Positions 19,044 through 29,200 of a stretch of 35,258 bases of DNA are shown here, one piece after another. The stretch is from Planctomycetota bacterium (lineage in GTDB: Bacteria; Planctomycetota; GCA-002687715; DRQF01). The notes beneath the pieces were generated by a model, which saw nothing but the letters and a program-made list of their open reading frames with translations, was not told where the DNA came from and did no database searches. Position numbers and translations under genes: made by a program. Position 1 is the stretch's first letter, and the number at the start of each line of letters is the position of its first letter. The stretch is from assembly GCA_027001995.1 (NCBI GenBank), contig JALTLO010000058.1, positions 30,202 to 65,459 on the forward strand, read 5' to 3'.

Positions 19044-19707
19044 TTTCTATTCTCCAATGGGCCAGGGTTAGTTCGGCAATGAAGTTTTCTTCCCCTCGAA
19101 GGAAATGATCAGTACCGGGGAGCATGTGTAGAGTTCGTTTGTCCTTGTGAGTCGGAGTGGAGTTCCAAAGCCATTCACGGGCATCCGCTTCTTGACATGA
19201 AAAATCGCAATCGCCCAAGATGACCAAGGCGTCTTCTCCTTTCTTCGTCAGTGGTCTCAACTTTTGTTTCGCCAGGGGCGGAGCAACGAAGACAGGTCTT
19301 TGCCAAGGAAGCACTTCGGGGAACTGCGCCATCACGCAAGCCCCCAGGGAATAACCAAAGGCAAAATGGGGTTTGCCCTGAGGGATGGTTTTCCTCATCA
19401 ACGCAAGGGTTGAAAAAGTTGGTGCCAAGAGGTTGGGGAATTCATCGTCGGGAATCACTGGACCATTGCGCTTCGTTTCTTGAATTGATCGATTCGGATA
19501 CTCGTAGCGTAGTGCTATGCCTCCAGCTTTCACCACCGTCTCGGCCACAGCCATGAGGAGAGGGTGGTCGCGGCTACCACCCAGGTCCGGGTGGGGAGGG
19601 AAGAGAGTCGCTCCGAAGCAAATAGAGCCTTTTTCTGGATAGCTCAGAATCACAGTCATATGGTGGCTACGAAAATCTACGCGTTCTTGAATCATAGAGA
19701 CCATCAA
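19018..19707 (-). CDS. Alpha/beta hydrolase
   Basis: PPHPDLGGS, nucleophile elbow GYSLG, GDCDF (Asp) and GTDHF (His). Confidence 0.88.
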   Translation of the reverse strand: MMVSMIQERVDFRSHHMTVILSYPEKGSICFGATLFPPHPDLGGSRDHPLLMAVAETVVKAGGIALRYEYPNRSIQETKRNGPVIPDDEFPNLLAPTFSTLALMRKTIPQGKPHFAFGYSLGACVMAQFPEVLPWQRPVFVAPPLAKQKLRPLTKKGEDALVILGDCDFSCQEADAREWLWNSTPTHKDKRTLHMLPGTDHFLRGEENFIAELTLAHWRIENDPILPQQ

Positions 19708-20630
19708 TAGATGACTTTCTTTGTTGCGTCATGAATCTTGCTATTGAGAATAGGCTGGAATCCGAGTTGGCCATCTTCTAAGACCAGAGAGAGGGCACGA
19801 TCACGGTCTCGTAACCTCGTGAAATGTGCACAAGAATCATGGCGAGAGAATGCCAAGCAGCCTTCCTCACCTTCGGCCGTTGGATTGCCATCTTCATCGA
19901 CTACATCAAAGCCGTGAGATCCTCCGACATGGCCGTAAATAGGTAGGCCCCGGTGTTGACCTATTTCAGGGAAGAGGCCGACTAAGCTATTGCCGAATCC
20001 GGAGCGCAAAACTGCGTTCGGATAGAGCTGTTTCAAAGCCGAGATCTCTTCAGCTTTGGTGAGGACGCCACCCCAGTGAATCCCTTGGACGGCATCTCGA
20101 AGGCCTTCTGCCATGGCCAAGCCCAGAAGCTGAAGCAATGGTGGCGTTGAGAATAGAACTTGGACAGGGCGCACAGCGAGAATGTCTAAGCACTGTTCAA
20201 CAACATGGTTCAAGTAGCGATCTCGGGCAATGCCTTGCTCGAGCTTTTGCAGCCAGCGGGTATCCAAATCGACACGGTAAGGAGAGTGGCCCGTCAAAGC
20301 AGTAGCACAACCATCAGCGCCATAACCAATGGCATGAGGTCCAGTGGGCCCAGCATAGAGCCACGGCCCTTCAAAGCTCTCTTTGGCCTCCCCTAGAGAT
20401 TCCAAGAACGGCTTAACGAAGTTGAGATGAAAGTCTTCAAGAGTGTAGGCTACTGAGGATGGGCGCCCAGTAGTACCGCCGGTCTCAACGATGAGAAGAT
20501 TGTTGGTTTCAAGGGTTCCCGCTTCGACGAAATCGGACCAAGGGCGTTCACGAAGATTTTGAGAAAAGTTCTTGGACTGTGCCGTGTAGGATGCGGCGTT
20601 CTCTGAGTTTCTTATCCGACCATCAGGCAT
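19704..20630 (-). CDS. Short adenylate-forming enzyme, PaaK/EhpF-like (acyl/aryl-adenylate ligase family)
   Basis: P-loop ETGGTTGRP, GPTGPH, DLDTRW, FSTPPLL, HWGG, GFGNS, RDRD. Start moved to MPDG (20630, GGAG RBS), which overlaps the upstream stop. Confidence 0.75.
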   Translation of the reverse strand: MPDGRIRNSENAASYTAQSKNFSQNLRERPWSDFVEAGTLETNNLLIVETGGTTGRPSSVAYTLEDFHLNFVKPFLESLGEAKESFEGPWLYAGPTGPHAIGYGADGCATALTGHSPYRVDLDTRWLQKLEQGIARDRYLNHVVEQCLDILAVRPVQVLFSTPPLLQLLGLAMAEGLRDAVQGIHWGGVLTKAEEISALKQLYPNAVLRSGFGNSLVGLFPEIGQHRGLPIYGHVGGSHGFDVVDEDGNPTAEGEEGCLAFSRHDSCAHFTRLRDRDRALSLVLEDGQLGFQPILNSKIHDATKKVIY

Positions 20631-22104
20631 GTTTGGCTCCAGATTGAACGTAGGGATGTAAGGAAAAGAAATCAGTGAGGATGCTGGCGAGTCGGAGTCC
20701 TTCTTCGACGTTGCCTTCGATGTCCACCCTCCCGTCCAGAAAGGCAGGGACTGGTGATAGATGCCCGGCAATGATCTTGGCGAAAGAATAATGGTCGATG
20801 CAAAAGAGAACGGAAGCCCGTGAGTCGTGGGTTTTCTGAACGGACGAGATGGCACCATCTTTGATAGTCACAGAAATCCTGCCCGTGTTTCCGCCGAATA
20901 CTTCCAAATTGAAATGGGCGTTCACATCTTCCCTCCCTTGAAGGAGCTGTTGACCAAGTTTCGGACTTAAGTGATTCTTGTGGTAGTTCGAAACCAGACC
21001 ATCACTGTCTTGTTGGCCAGGCTCTTCGCTTGAAGGCATCCTGGCAAACGCGGCGAAGGCCCTTTTCATGAAATCCCAATTCAGATCAACAGGATCGTTC
21101 CAGTTGGGCACGATTTTGTTGAGGCGTTTGCAAGCGAAGGTTGGATCAGATACGCTCAAGTAATGGCGATAAGAAGCTAATGACTCGTCAATGAGGCGTT
21201 CCAAACGATTCGGGTTTTGCCATTTTTCAGTCAAACGAAAACCTGAGAGTCCAAGTACTTGTTGAGTTAACTCCATGAGCTTGCTGTGGGCTATCGGTTG
21301 TTGCGCTACTGCATGGAAATATCCTGTGGCATCGGGATTGTTGATCACAGCCAAACAAGCGCGACCAACAGCGTCCACTGGGATCATGTTCTTGAGCCCC
21401 TTTGGATTGGCGCGAATGCGGGCGTCCACATGCACAGTCTGGCCGGCTCGTGAAAGCCGGTGGAGAGGGCGCCACAAATTGTGCAAATGTTCTTTGTTGA
21501 GTGCGAAGCCCGATGCTTGATGATTCACCACGATGGCAGGTCGCAGAACCACGAGCTGAGTTTGAGTTTTTGCCAGGATAGCGGCCACAGCTATCTCTGC
21601 GCGATATTTCGATTCTTCGTAGATGGACAGCCAGTCTCCCGGGTGTTCGACCGGAGTTTCTGGAATGAAACGGCCTTCTTTGCCCCCCAAGAATGCAGTG
21701 CTAACTAAGATGAATCGGTCGCAGCCCAAGTCTCTTGCCAAGCGCGCAGCATTCTTGGCGCCTTCGTAGTTGACGCGCAACAATTCTCGTCGTCTAGTTG
21801 AATCAAAAGATGTCAATCCCGCCCCATGAACAAGGGCGCTTATTCGTCCTCGCCAAGGAAGCAAGATGTTCGAACGATTCCCGAAATGAGCTAATCCAAC
21901 ATCTCCGGAAACAATAGTCGTCTTGGCACCTGGGAAGTCGTACCCTTGAAGGGCTCCCCGCCTCGCCAATCTCTCTTTCGGATGTTCTCCCCTCACAATG
22001 GCGAGTACTTGGTTGTTGTTTTTCTGGAGTTGATGCAGAACTTCGCCACCAATAAACCCAGTGCCCCCGGTGAGAAGAATCGTGGCTTTGTTTGTCGCTG
22101 GCAT
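20623..22104 (-). CDS. Extended SDR (fatty-acyl-CoA/thioester reductase-like) fused to a C-terminal SCP2 lipid-binding domain
   Basis: LLTGGTGFIG, VSTAF, YEESK, LRPAIV. The C-terminus FAKIIAGHLSPVPAFLDGRVDIEGNVEEGLRL is SCP2-like. Start at MPATNK (TAATG overlap, AGGAG RBS). Confidence 0.85.
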   Translation of the reverse strand: MPATNKATILLTGGTGFIGGEVLHQLQKNNNQVLAIVRGEHPKERLARRGALQGYDFPGAKTTIVSGDVGLAHFGNRSNILLPWRGRISALVHGAGLTSFDSTRRRELLRVNYEGAKNAARLARDLGCDRFILVSTAFLGGKEGRFIPETPVEHPGDWLSIYEESKYRAEIAVAAILAKTQTQLVVLRPAIVVNHQASGFALNKEHLHNLWRPLHRLSRAGQTVHVDARIRANPKGLKNMIPVDAVGRACLAVINNPDATGYFHAVAQQPIAHSKLMELTQQVLGLSGFRLTEKWQNPNRLERLIDESLASYRHYLSVSDPTFACKRLNKIVPNWNDPVDLNWDFMKRAFAAFARMPSSEEPGQQDSDGLVSNYHKNHLSPKLGQQLLQGREDVNAHFNLEVFGGNTGRISVTIKDGAISSVQKTHDSRASVLFCIDHYSFAKIIAGHLSPVPAFLDGRVDIEGNVEEGLRLASILTDFFSLHPYVQSGAKHA

Positions 22105-24296
22105 TAAACTGCTCCTGAATTCAATGGGTGGGGAGGCGTGTTGCTCTTTTTGTCCCAAAGATAAAGCGCCGCCGGCAAGAGAAGTAGGTCCGCAAGCAAT
22201 GCTGTCAGCAGTGCCAAAGCAGTCAACCCCCCGAACCACCGGATGGGCCGAAAGCTCGCCAAGCACAGGACAGCAAACCCAGTAACGTTCACCGCGGTGG
22301 TCACAATTAGGGCCTGGCCACAAGTTTGTTGAGCTAAGGCCAGTGCATCGAGAGCTGGCAGACTTTTGCGCGCATCACCGTAGGCCGCTAGCATGTGGAG
22401 AGTGTCGTCAATGCCGATTCCTGCAGAGACAGAAGCAACCATCATTGTCCCCAAGTCGAGAGGGATGCCAAATATTCCCATAAAGGCCATCACCGAAAGA
22501 GGCGGAGCCAAGATGGGGAGCATGACCGCTGAGACTCTTCCCAATTGCCGAGTCAGTAGGAGTACAGCTGCGATGGCCGCTATGAGTGCAATGATGAGGC
22601 TCTCAATCGCGTCGGCCAAGATTTCTTCGTGGCTTGCATTCAACAGTGGAATCGTCCCCGTAATCTCTGTGTTGAAACCCCCTTGACTACCATTGGGTGG
22701 GAATAACTTTTGCACTTGCCCCAAGACATCCTTTGTCACTTGGCTGGATACATCGTCGACAAGTATGGTGACACGTTGGTGGCGACCTTCGTTGTGAGAG
22801 AAATGGTCTTTCATTCTGGAGACGGCAATCAGGAAATCAGGTGACAAAGGAACTTGATGTGACTTGAAAATGATGCTCCAGCGGGCCACCAGTTGCCTTA
22901 TCTGGTCGATGCCGAAAACTTTGGCTATGTGAGGCATAGCTTCCAACAGTCTTGCGCGCCTCCCAATCTCTTTTATCGCAGGACTTGCCTCTACGCCGGG
23001 ATGCAACTCGAGGTCCAATTCAATAGGTGAAACGCCTCCGAGCCGGGTTCGGGTGAGGTCGTAGTCCCTGCGAATGGCATGAGACTCCGGTAGAAATTCC
23101 AGGACCCGTGATTCGGCTTTTATGGAACGCGCCGGAAGAAAGGCCAAGACTGCCAAAAACCCTCCCAAGGCAATTATGGCTTTCTTGTGGCCATGTCCAA
23201 CTGAAGACTCAACAACAGGCAAGTTTGGGAGGCTTTTCTTGTTTTTTGTTGATGGGCGCGCTAAAGGTGCCAGAATCGTGATGGTCAGAAGTAGAGAAAT
23301 GACGACACCAACGCCAACAAACGTCCCAAAGGAACTGACTGGTCCGACACTCGTGGCGCCGATGGCGGCAAACCCGATGGCTGTAGTGGATGCGGCCAAA
23401 AGGCTGGGCTTGAGGACCTTTAAGATAGACTTGGTCTGGTCTTGAGTCTGGAGGCGGTGGAGACTGTGAATATTGAGAGACAGGGCCAGGATCCAAGCTA
23501 AGGTTGGAATCGTCACGGTGATCATGTCAAGGGACGGATGGAAGAAGGCGTAAGCGGACAGGGATAAACCAACCGTCAGGCCACTACAGACAAGAATCAT
23601 GATGGCGCTACCAAGCTGCTTTCGGAAGTAGACCAATAGCGATAGAGAGCTGAGGGCGAAGAGGAGTGGGAATAGAATCTGGCCATCCCGGGCGCTGCCA
23701 TGATCCAGCGCGGCATTGAGGACGTTCGGGCCAACGAGTGCTGTCTCGCAATCAATTTGCGAGCCAAAGTCGGCCAAGGCTTTCCTAACCTCTTGACACA
23801 ATGCAGCCCCTTCGATGGGGTCTAAGTTTGGCACCATTGGTATCATCAATCCGAGAGCTTGACCGTCCTCCGCGCAATACAAACCTTGGAGGACTGGGTC
23901 TTGCTTTGTCAGTTCTGCAAACTCAGGGGGGGTGATGTGGTTTCTGATTTCCTTCCAAAGAGTTGGGACGCCAAAGACACTCGCGGGCTCGACGTGAGGA
24001 AAGGTCTTGCATGTGGCATAGAAATCTACGGCTGCGTCAAGGTGGTTCCTGGAGAACAGGTCGTCCCCGTACCAACTTGCCAACAAGAAACGATCAGAGC
24101 CGAAGCGCTTCTTGAACTCTTGGTATTGCGCCTCTCCGGGCGCGCCTTGAATCCAAATGTCTAGGGAATTATCTAACTTGAGTTGCCACGGGTGTGCGAG
24201 GGCTATGAGTAGAAGTGAAAGAATTGCAACGGCAATAACATGTCGTCGAAGATTGTATCTAACTTTAGGGGCGCCATGAGATTGACGGCCCGTCAC
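22104..24296 (-). CDS. MMPL/RND-family lipid transporter
   Basis: Two-fold repeat of TM + periplasmic loop + TM bundle. YQEFKKRFGSD, TTAIGF, GIGIDDTLH, GFAVLCLASFRPIRWFG. Confidence 0.9.
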   Translation of the reverse strand: MTGRQSHGAPKVRYNLRRHVIAVAILSLLLIALAHPWQLKLDNSLDIWIQGAPGEAQYQEFKKRFGSDRFLLASWYGDDLFSRNHLDAAVDFYATCKTFPHVEPASVFGVPTLWKEIRNHITPPEFAELTKQDPVLQGLYCAEDGQALGLMIPMVPNLDPIEGAALCQEVRKALADFGSQIDCETALVGPNVLNAALDHGSARDGQILFPLLFALSSLSLLVYFRKQLGSAIMILVCSGLTVGLSLSAYAFFHPSLDMITVTIPTLAWILALSLNIHSLHRLQTQDQTKSILKVLKPSLLAASTTAIGFAAIGATSVGPVSSFGTFVGVGVVISLLLTITILAPLARPSTKNKKSLPNLPVVESSVGHGHKKAIIALGGFLAVLAFLPARSIKAESRVLEFLPESHAIRRDYDLTRTRLGGVSPIELDLELHPGVEASPAIKEIGRRARLLEAMPHIAKVFGIDQIRQLVARWSIIFKSHQVPLSPDFLIAVSRMKDHFSHNEGRHQRVTILVDDVSSQVTKDVLGQVQKLFPPNGSQGGFNTEITGTIPLLNASHEEILADAIESLIIALIAAIAAVLLLTRQLGRVSAVMLPILAPPLSVMAFMGIFGIPLDLGTMMVASVSAGIGIDDTLHMLAAYGDARKSLPALDALALAQQTCGQALIVTTAVNVTGFAVLCLASFRPIRWFGGLTALALLTALLADLLLLPAALYLWDKKSNTPPHPLNSGAV

Positions 24297-25867
24297 TTCT
24301 CGGCCACCATTTTATGTGGGATGTGCAGAAGATGATCCAACAAGGTTGGATCTCCGAAGTCTTCGCTGTCCAAGAGAATCCTTTGCGTACCTCGTTCACG
24401 GGGATGACCGGCAGCAAAGAAACCAGCACCGGCTAGCCAAAAACTCTCAGCTCGTTCGGCGCCGACGATGAGCCCATCATCGTCGAAGAGGCTAAGATAG
24501 GCGTTGCCGGATTTCTGGTGTTCCAACTCTTCGTAAGGAATGAGGCGATACTGGTTTCTGGAATTCACTTTGACGTAGTCCGCAACCGGCGACTTAGTCA
24601 TCTGAATCAAGCCACTCATGTGATACCCGGCATACTGGTAGAGGCAAACAGGAGCGTTGGGGTCACTGTCCGGAATGTCTTCGACTACATGAGCTCCTTT
24701 GAGTTCGCCGTCTCGCCACACTTCCATCGGATGATGCTCTTGCTTGTTAGGACCGGCCCACTGTGCGACATGCTGGGCGACACGAATACGGTGGTGGCAA
24801 CCACAGGCATAGACTGATTCGAAGATGGCTGGTCGCCCTGACTTGTCCAAAGTCATCCTTAGAATGATGACCTCGATCTTGCCAGCTTCAAAATCAGGAG
24901 ACTTGAGGGCTGGGTGTTCTGGGTAAATGAGGGTGTAAACCAATTGGGGCAATGTTTCGCCCTGAATAACGGCCCATTCAGTGTGAGCGTAAACGGCGGG
25001 CTCTGAAGTGTCCACTGTTGCAATGACCTCACCGCTTTTGTTTCGCTCAAGAATCACATGGCCGACGCGATCAATGGATTTGTCATACGTCGCATCTGGC
25101 GCAATCTGTTGCACGATAACGGGGGCGTGCTTGAGCAGACGTTGCCAATCAGCGGAAGGATCGGATGAGATGGGGCTCGGGGTTAGCACGGCCACTTCCT
25201 TGAAATCCTCTCGAACTGGTGCCGGGCCCCAGTACTCACCATTCTCGATGCTACTAACGGCGATGAGTGAAACAGGAACTAAGGGCAGGTGAGTCAAGAC
25301 GCGAAGAAAGCTGGATTCTTCCTTGATGGAGTCTTGAATCTTGGAATGAAGGTTGTCGGCATATTCCCACAGGGTTGTGTCATCCTTCTTTTCGTTTTCT
25401 TCTTGGCATTTCTTGAGCCAGTCTGATGATCTTGACAACCACTGTTTACGAATCGACTTGCGGGCATTGTCGCCCTGTGTACTTGGGCCGTGCTTAGCCA
25501 ACTTGTTGACGATTGGATCAGGAAGACGGTCGATTTCGAAGGCGGCTAAGTGATTGCCAATGGCATTTGCTGACACCAAGATGTCAGCGAATGCTTCGCG
25601 CCAATTCGCGTCAACGTTTTCGCGTTCGAGGAGTCTTTCGAAACGATAGAGGTCGTAATCATTGAAACGAAGAAAAGGCGTCTCGTCCACCAACCGGCTT
25701 GCTGCATCATGAACACCTTCGCTGGCGACATACCATGGGACTGCGTCATCAAAGTTTTCTGGTGCTGCGCAAGAGCCAAGGAGCAAGGCGAAGAATAATC
25801 CGAACGAGGTTGGCTTCAGACTATTTCGAACTTGATTGAAGAAGTGTCGCTTCATGATGTTCTCCAT
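24293..25867 (-). CDS. Uncharacterised lipoprotein
   Basis: Lipobox LLGS-C after a hydrophobic stretch, a CGCHH motif, and a GTGA overlap with the MMPL gene. Start could be 25855. Confidence 0.75.
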   Translation of the reverse strand: MENIMKRHFFNQVRNSLKPTSFGLFFALLLGSCAAPENFDDAVPWYVASEGVHDAASRLVDETPFLRFNDYDLYRFERLLERENVDANWREAFADILVSANAIGNHLAAFEIDRLPDPIVNKLAKHGPSTQGDNARKSIRKQWLSRSSDWLKKCQEENEKKDDTTLWEYADNLHSKIQDSIKEESSFLRVLTHLPLVPVSLIAVSSIENGEYWGPAPVREDFKEVAVLTPSPISSDPSADWQRLLKHAPVIVQQIAPDATYDKSIDRVGHVILERNKSGEVIATVDTSEPAVYAHTEWAVIQGETLPQLVYTLIYPEHPALKSPDFEAGKIEVIILRMTLDKSGRPAIFESVYACGCHHRIRVAQHVAQWAGPNKQEHHPMEVWRDGELKGAHVVEDIPDSDPNAPVCLYQYAGYHMSGLIQMTKSPVADYVKVNSRNQYRLIPYEELEHQKSGNAYLSLFDDDGLIVGAERAESFWLAGAGFFAAGHPRERGTQRILLDSEDFGDPTLLDHLLHIPHKMVAEK

Positions 25868-26218
25868 GTATCCATTATTGGAACAAAAGAAACGAAAGTC
25901 CCAAGTGGGAATTTTTGTCTGGATCTATCCTCGGTCAGATTTGCTTTTCTTGGGCTTGCCCATGAAGTCCTCCATTCTATGCTTTGTCTTGTGAACGTCG
26001 ATGCAGATAGTCTGGAATTGGCGATTCTCATCTATCGCAGAATAAATGAGATTGAGTTGCAGTCTTGACGCCTTTCGCGCCAATGGAGACATGGGATCGC
26101 GAGCGCCCCTTAAACCTCGATTCCGGGAGATAGCGATCAGGCGTGGCAAAACTTCAAATTCCCGGCAGATTGTACACTGGCTACTTGGCTTGTGAGGAAG
26201 GCAACCACCAACTTGACA

Positions 26219-29200
26219 TCAAGGCGTTACTTCAACTGTTGCTGCCGGATCCGCTGTCTTAGGCCCGAATATCAAGTAGAGAGCCGGCAATACAAGAAGG
26301 GTGAGGATGTTATCGGAGATCACGCCGCCCACGACAACTGTGGCTAAGGGGCTCTGAACCTCCGCTCCCACCCCCGTGTTGAGCGCCATTGGCACGAAAC
26401 CAAGAGCAGCCACTAACGCAGTCATCAAGACAGGTCTAAGTCTAGACAAGGCCGATTCTTCAATAGCATCTCGAAGCTTGACACCTCGCCCTTGTAGCTG
26501 ATGAATCATGGACACCATTACCAAGCCATTCAACATGGCAACCCCGGAGACGGCAACGAAACCAACCGCAGCAGATATCGTGAAGGGCATATCACGCGTC
26601 CAAAGCGCAATGATACCGCCCAAACTGGCGAATGGAGCGCCGGTAAAAATGATCAATGCATCTCGGATGGAATTCGTGCTGATATACAGCAAGAAGAGAA
26701 TTAAGAACAATGCTAAGGGGACGACGAACATGAGGCGGCCCTGTGCACTTTCCAAATGTTCAAATTGACCGCCATATTCGATGTGATAGTCGGGCGGTAG
26801 CTCAAGATTCTGAGCGACTCGTTCCTTGACCTCAGCAACGAAACTGCCGATGTCTCTTTCTTCGATATTGCACTGAACAATAATCCGGCGGCGTTGCCAC
26901 TCGCGGGAGATCGTAGACGGACCGTCCACCTGCCGGATCTTCGCAAGCCTTTCCAAAGGGATCCGTCCGCCATTGGCCGTCGGAACCAAGATGTTTCTCA
27001 CGGCAGTTGGATTTTCGCGGAAGCTCTCATCTACGCGAACGGCAAGAGCAAATCGACGTTGCCCTTCCCGAATTTCGCCGACTTTCTTGACGCCGATGGC
27101 CTCAATCACTTCGAGTACTTCCTGAGCTGGAATGCCGAACCGGGCGATGGCGTCTTGGTCAATGAGGATCTCTAAGATGGGCTCACCAGTAATCTGTTCA
27201 ACATAAACGTCCGAACTTCCCTCCACTTCCTCAAGAATGGCAGCCACTTCATTGGCCTTATCCTTGAGCACGTCCAAATCGTCCCCGACAATCTTAATAC
27301 CCAGGTCAGAACGGATGCCGGCAACCATCTCATTGACGCGCATTTCGATTGGCTGTGTGAATACAATTTTGGTGCCAGGGAAATCACTCAACTCTTCTCT
27401 CATGAGCGTTGTTAACTCATCCTGTGTGGTTGCACGCTTCCATTTTTCTCTTGGTCTTAAAGTTATGAAGACGTCAGTCAACTGCAATCCCATGGGATCA
27501 GTTGCCACTTCTGGGGTTCCCGTTCGCGACCAAATATCTCGTACTTCGTCTGGAAACTCTTCGAGTAGGACTTTCTCCATCTGCCCGCCATAACGAACAG
27601 ATTCATCCAATGATACACCGGAGAGCCGAACTGTGTTGGCAACCAATGACATCTCCGAAAGATGTGGGACAAACTCAGAGCCCGTGTTGGCACCAAGGAA
27701 AATCCCGAATGCCAGGAGTGCAATTGCAATCCCCACCGTCAGGTAGCGTATCTTCATTGCTTGACGGACCAATGGGCGATAAATGGCTTTTGAAAAGCGA
27801 ATGATGAAGTTGTCTTTATCTTTTGGGATACGAGGCAGGAAGAAGCTGGACAAGACAGGCATCAGCGTCAATGACATGATTAGAGAGCCTGAAAGAGCGA
27901 AAATAACCGTCAACGCCATGGGACGAAAAAGTTTCCCCTCAATCCCCTCAAGGGTGAGGATCGGCAAGTAAACGATCATGATGATGAGTTCGCCGAACAT
28001 AGTCGGCTTGCGCACCTCAATGGAGGCGTCAAGAACAACTTGGCGACGGGAGAGTTTGCCGCCAGCTTCGGCCAGCCGCTTCACGCTGTTCTCAACCATG
28101 ATGACGGAACTGTCCACAACCAAACCGAAGTCAATTGCTCCTAAGCTCATCAGGCTTCCAGCGATTCCGAATCGAAGCATTCCCGAGAATGCGAAAATCA
28201 TGGAAAGAGGAATGGCTGAAGCGACGATGAGTCCGGCCCGTAAATCCCCAAGAAAAATGAAGAGCACAGCAATGACCAGAAGAGCGCCCTCTAAGAGATT
28301 CTTCTTGACGGTGTTAATCACTTGATCGACGAGCTCTTTGCGCTCATAGACCGGTTTGATGATTACACCGTCTGGCAAAGAATTCTGAATTTGCTCCATG
28401 CGTTCCGAGAGACGCTGGCTCACTTCATTCGAATTCTCGCCCATCAACATGAAAGCCAATCCAAGGACAACTTCCCCCTGGCCATTTGCCGTCACAGCGC
28501 CTCGTCGAATCTCATGCCCGATTTCGACTTTCGCGATGTCGTTGATCTTGATCGGTACTGTGCCCACAGACTTGATCACGATATTGCCGATTTGGGTCAA
28601 GTCGGTTGTCAAGCTGATGCCACGGACCAAACTCAGTTCGCCACCTTGAGAGATATTCCCTCCACCGACATTCATGTTGTTCTTGCGAAGAGCTTCCAGG
28701 ACATCATCGAGGACGAGGCCGTGTTTGGCCAAGCGATTCAGATCGACCAAGACATGATACTGCTTTTTCTTGCCACCCCAGGTATTAACTTCAGCCACGC
28801 CAGGAACCGAACGTAGTCTTGGTTTCACTAGCCAGTCATGAATTGTGGTGAGCTCTTCGAGGGTCTTGCCTTCTCCTGTGACCAGGTAGTGATAGATTTC
28901 TCCTAGCCCAGTTGCTACTGGCCCCATTTCTGGGCGTGAAATTCCTTCGGGCAGCTCTACTGATTGCAATCGCTCCATGATTAGCTGGCGAGCAAAATAG
29001 ATTCCGGTCCCGTCTTCAAACAAAACTGTTACTTGTGAGAGCCCAAACTTCGAAATTGACCGAACCATAGTCAACCCAGGCAAACCGCTAATTGCTTGCT
29101 CGACAGGGAAGGTTATCTGCTGCTCAATTTCCAAAGGAGAAAGCGCGGGTGCCACGGTATTGATTTGCACTTGCACAGGCGTGGTGTCGGGAAAGGCATC

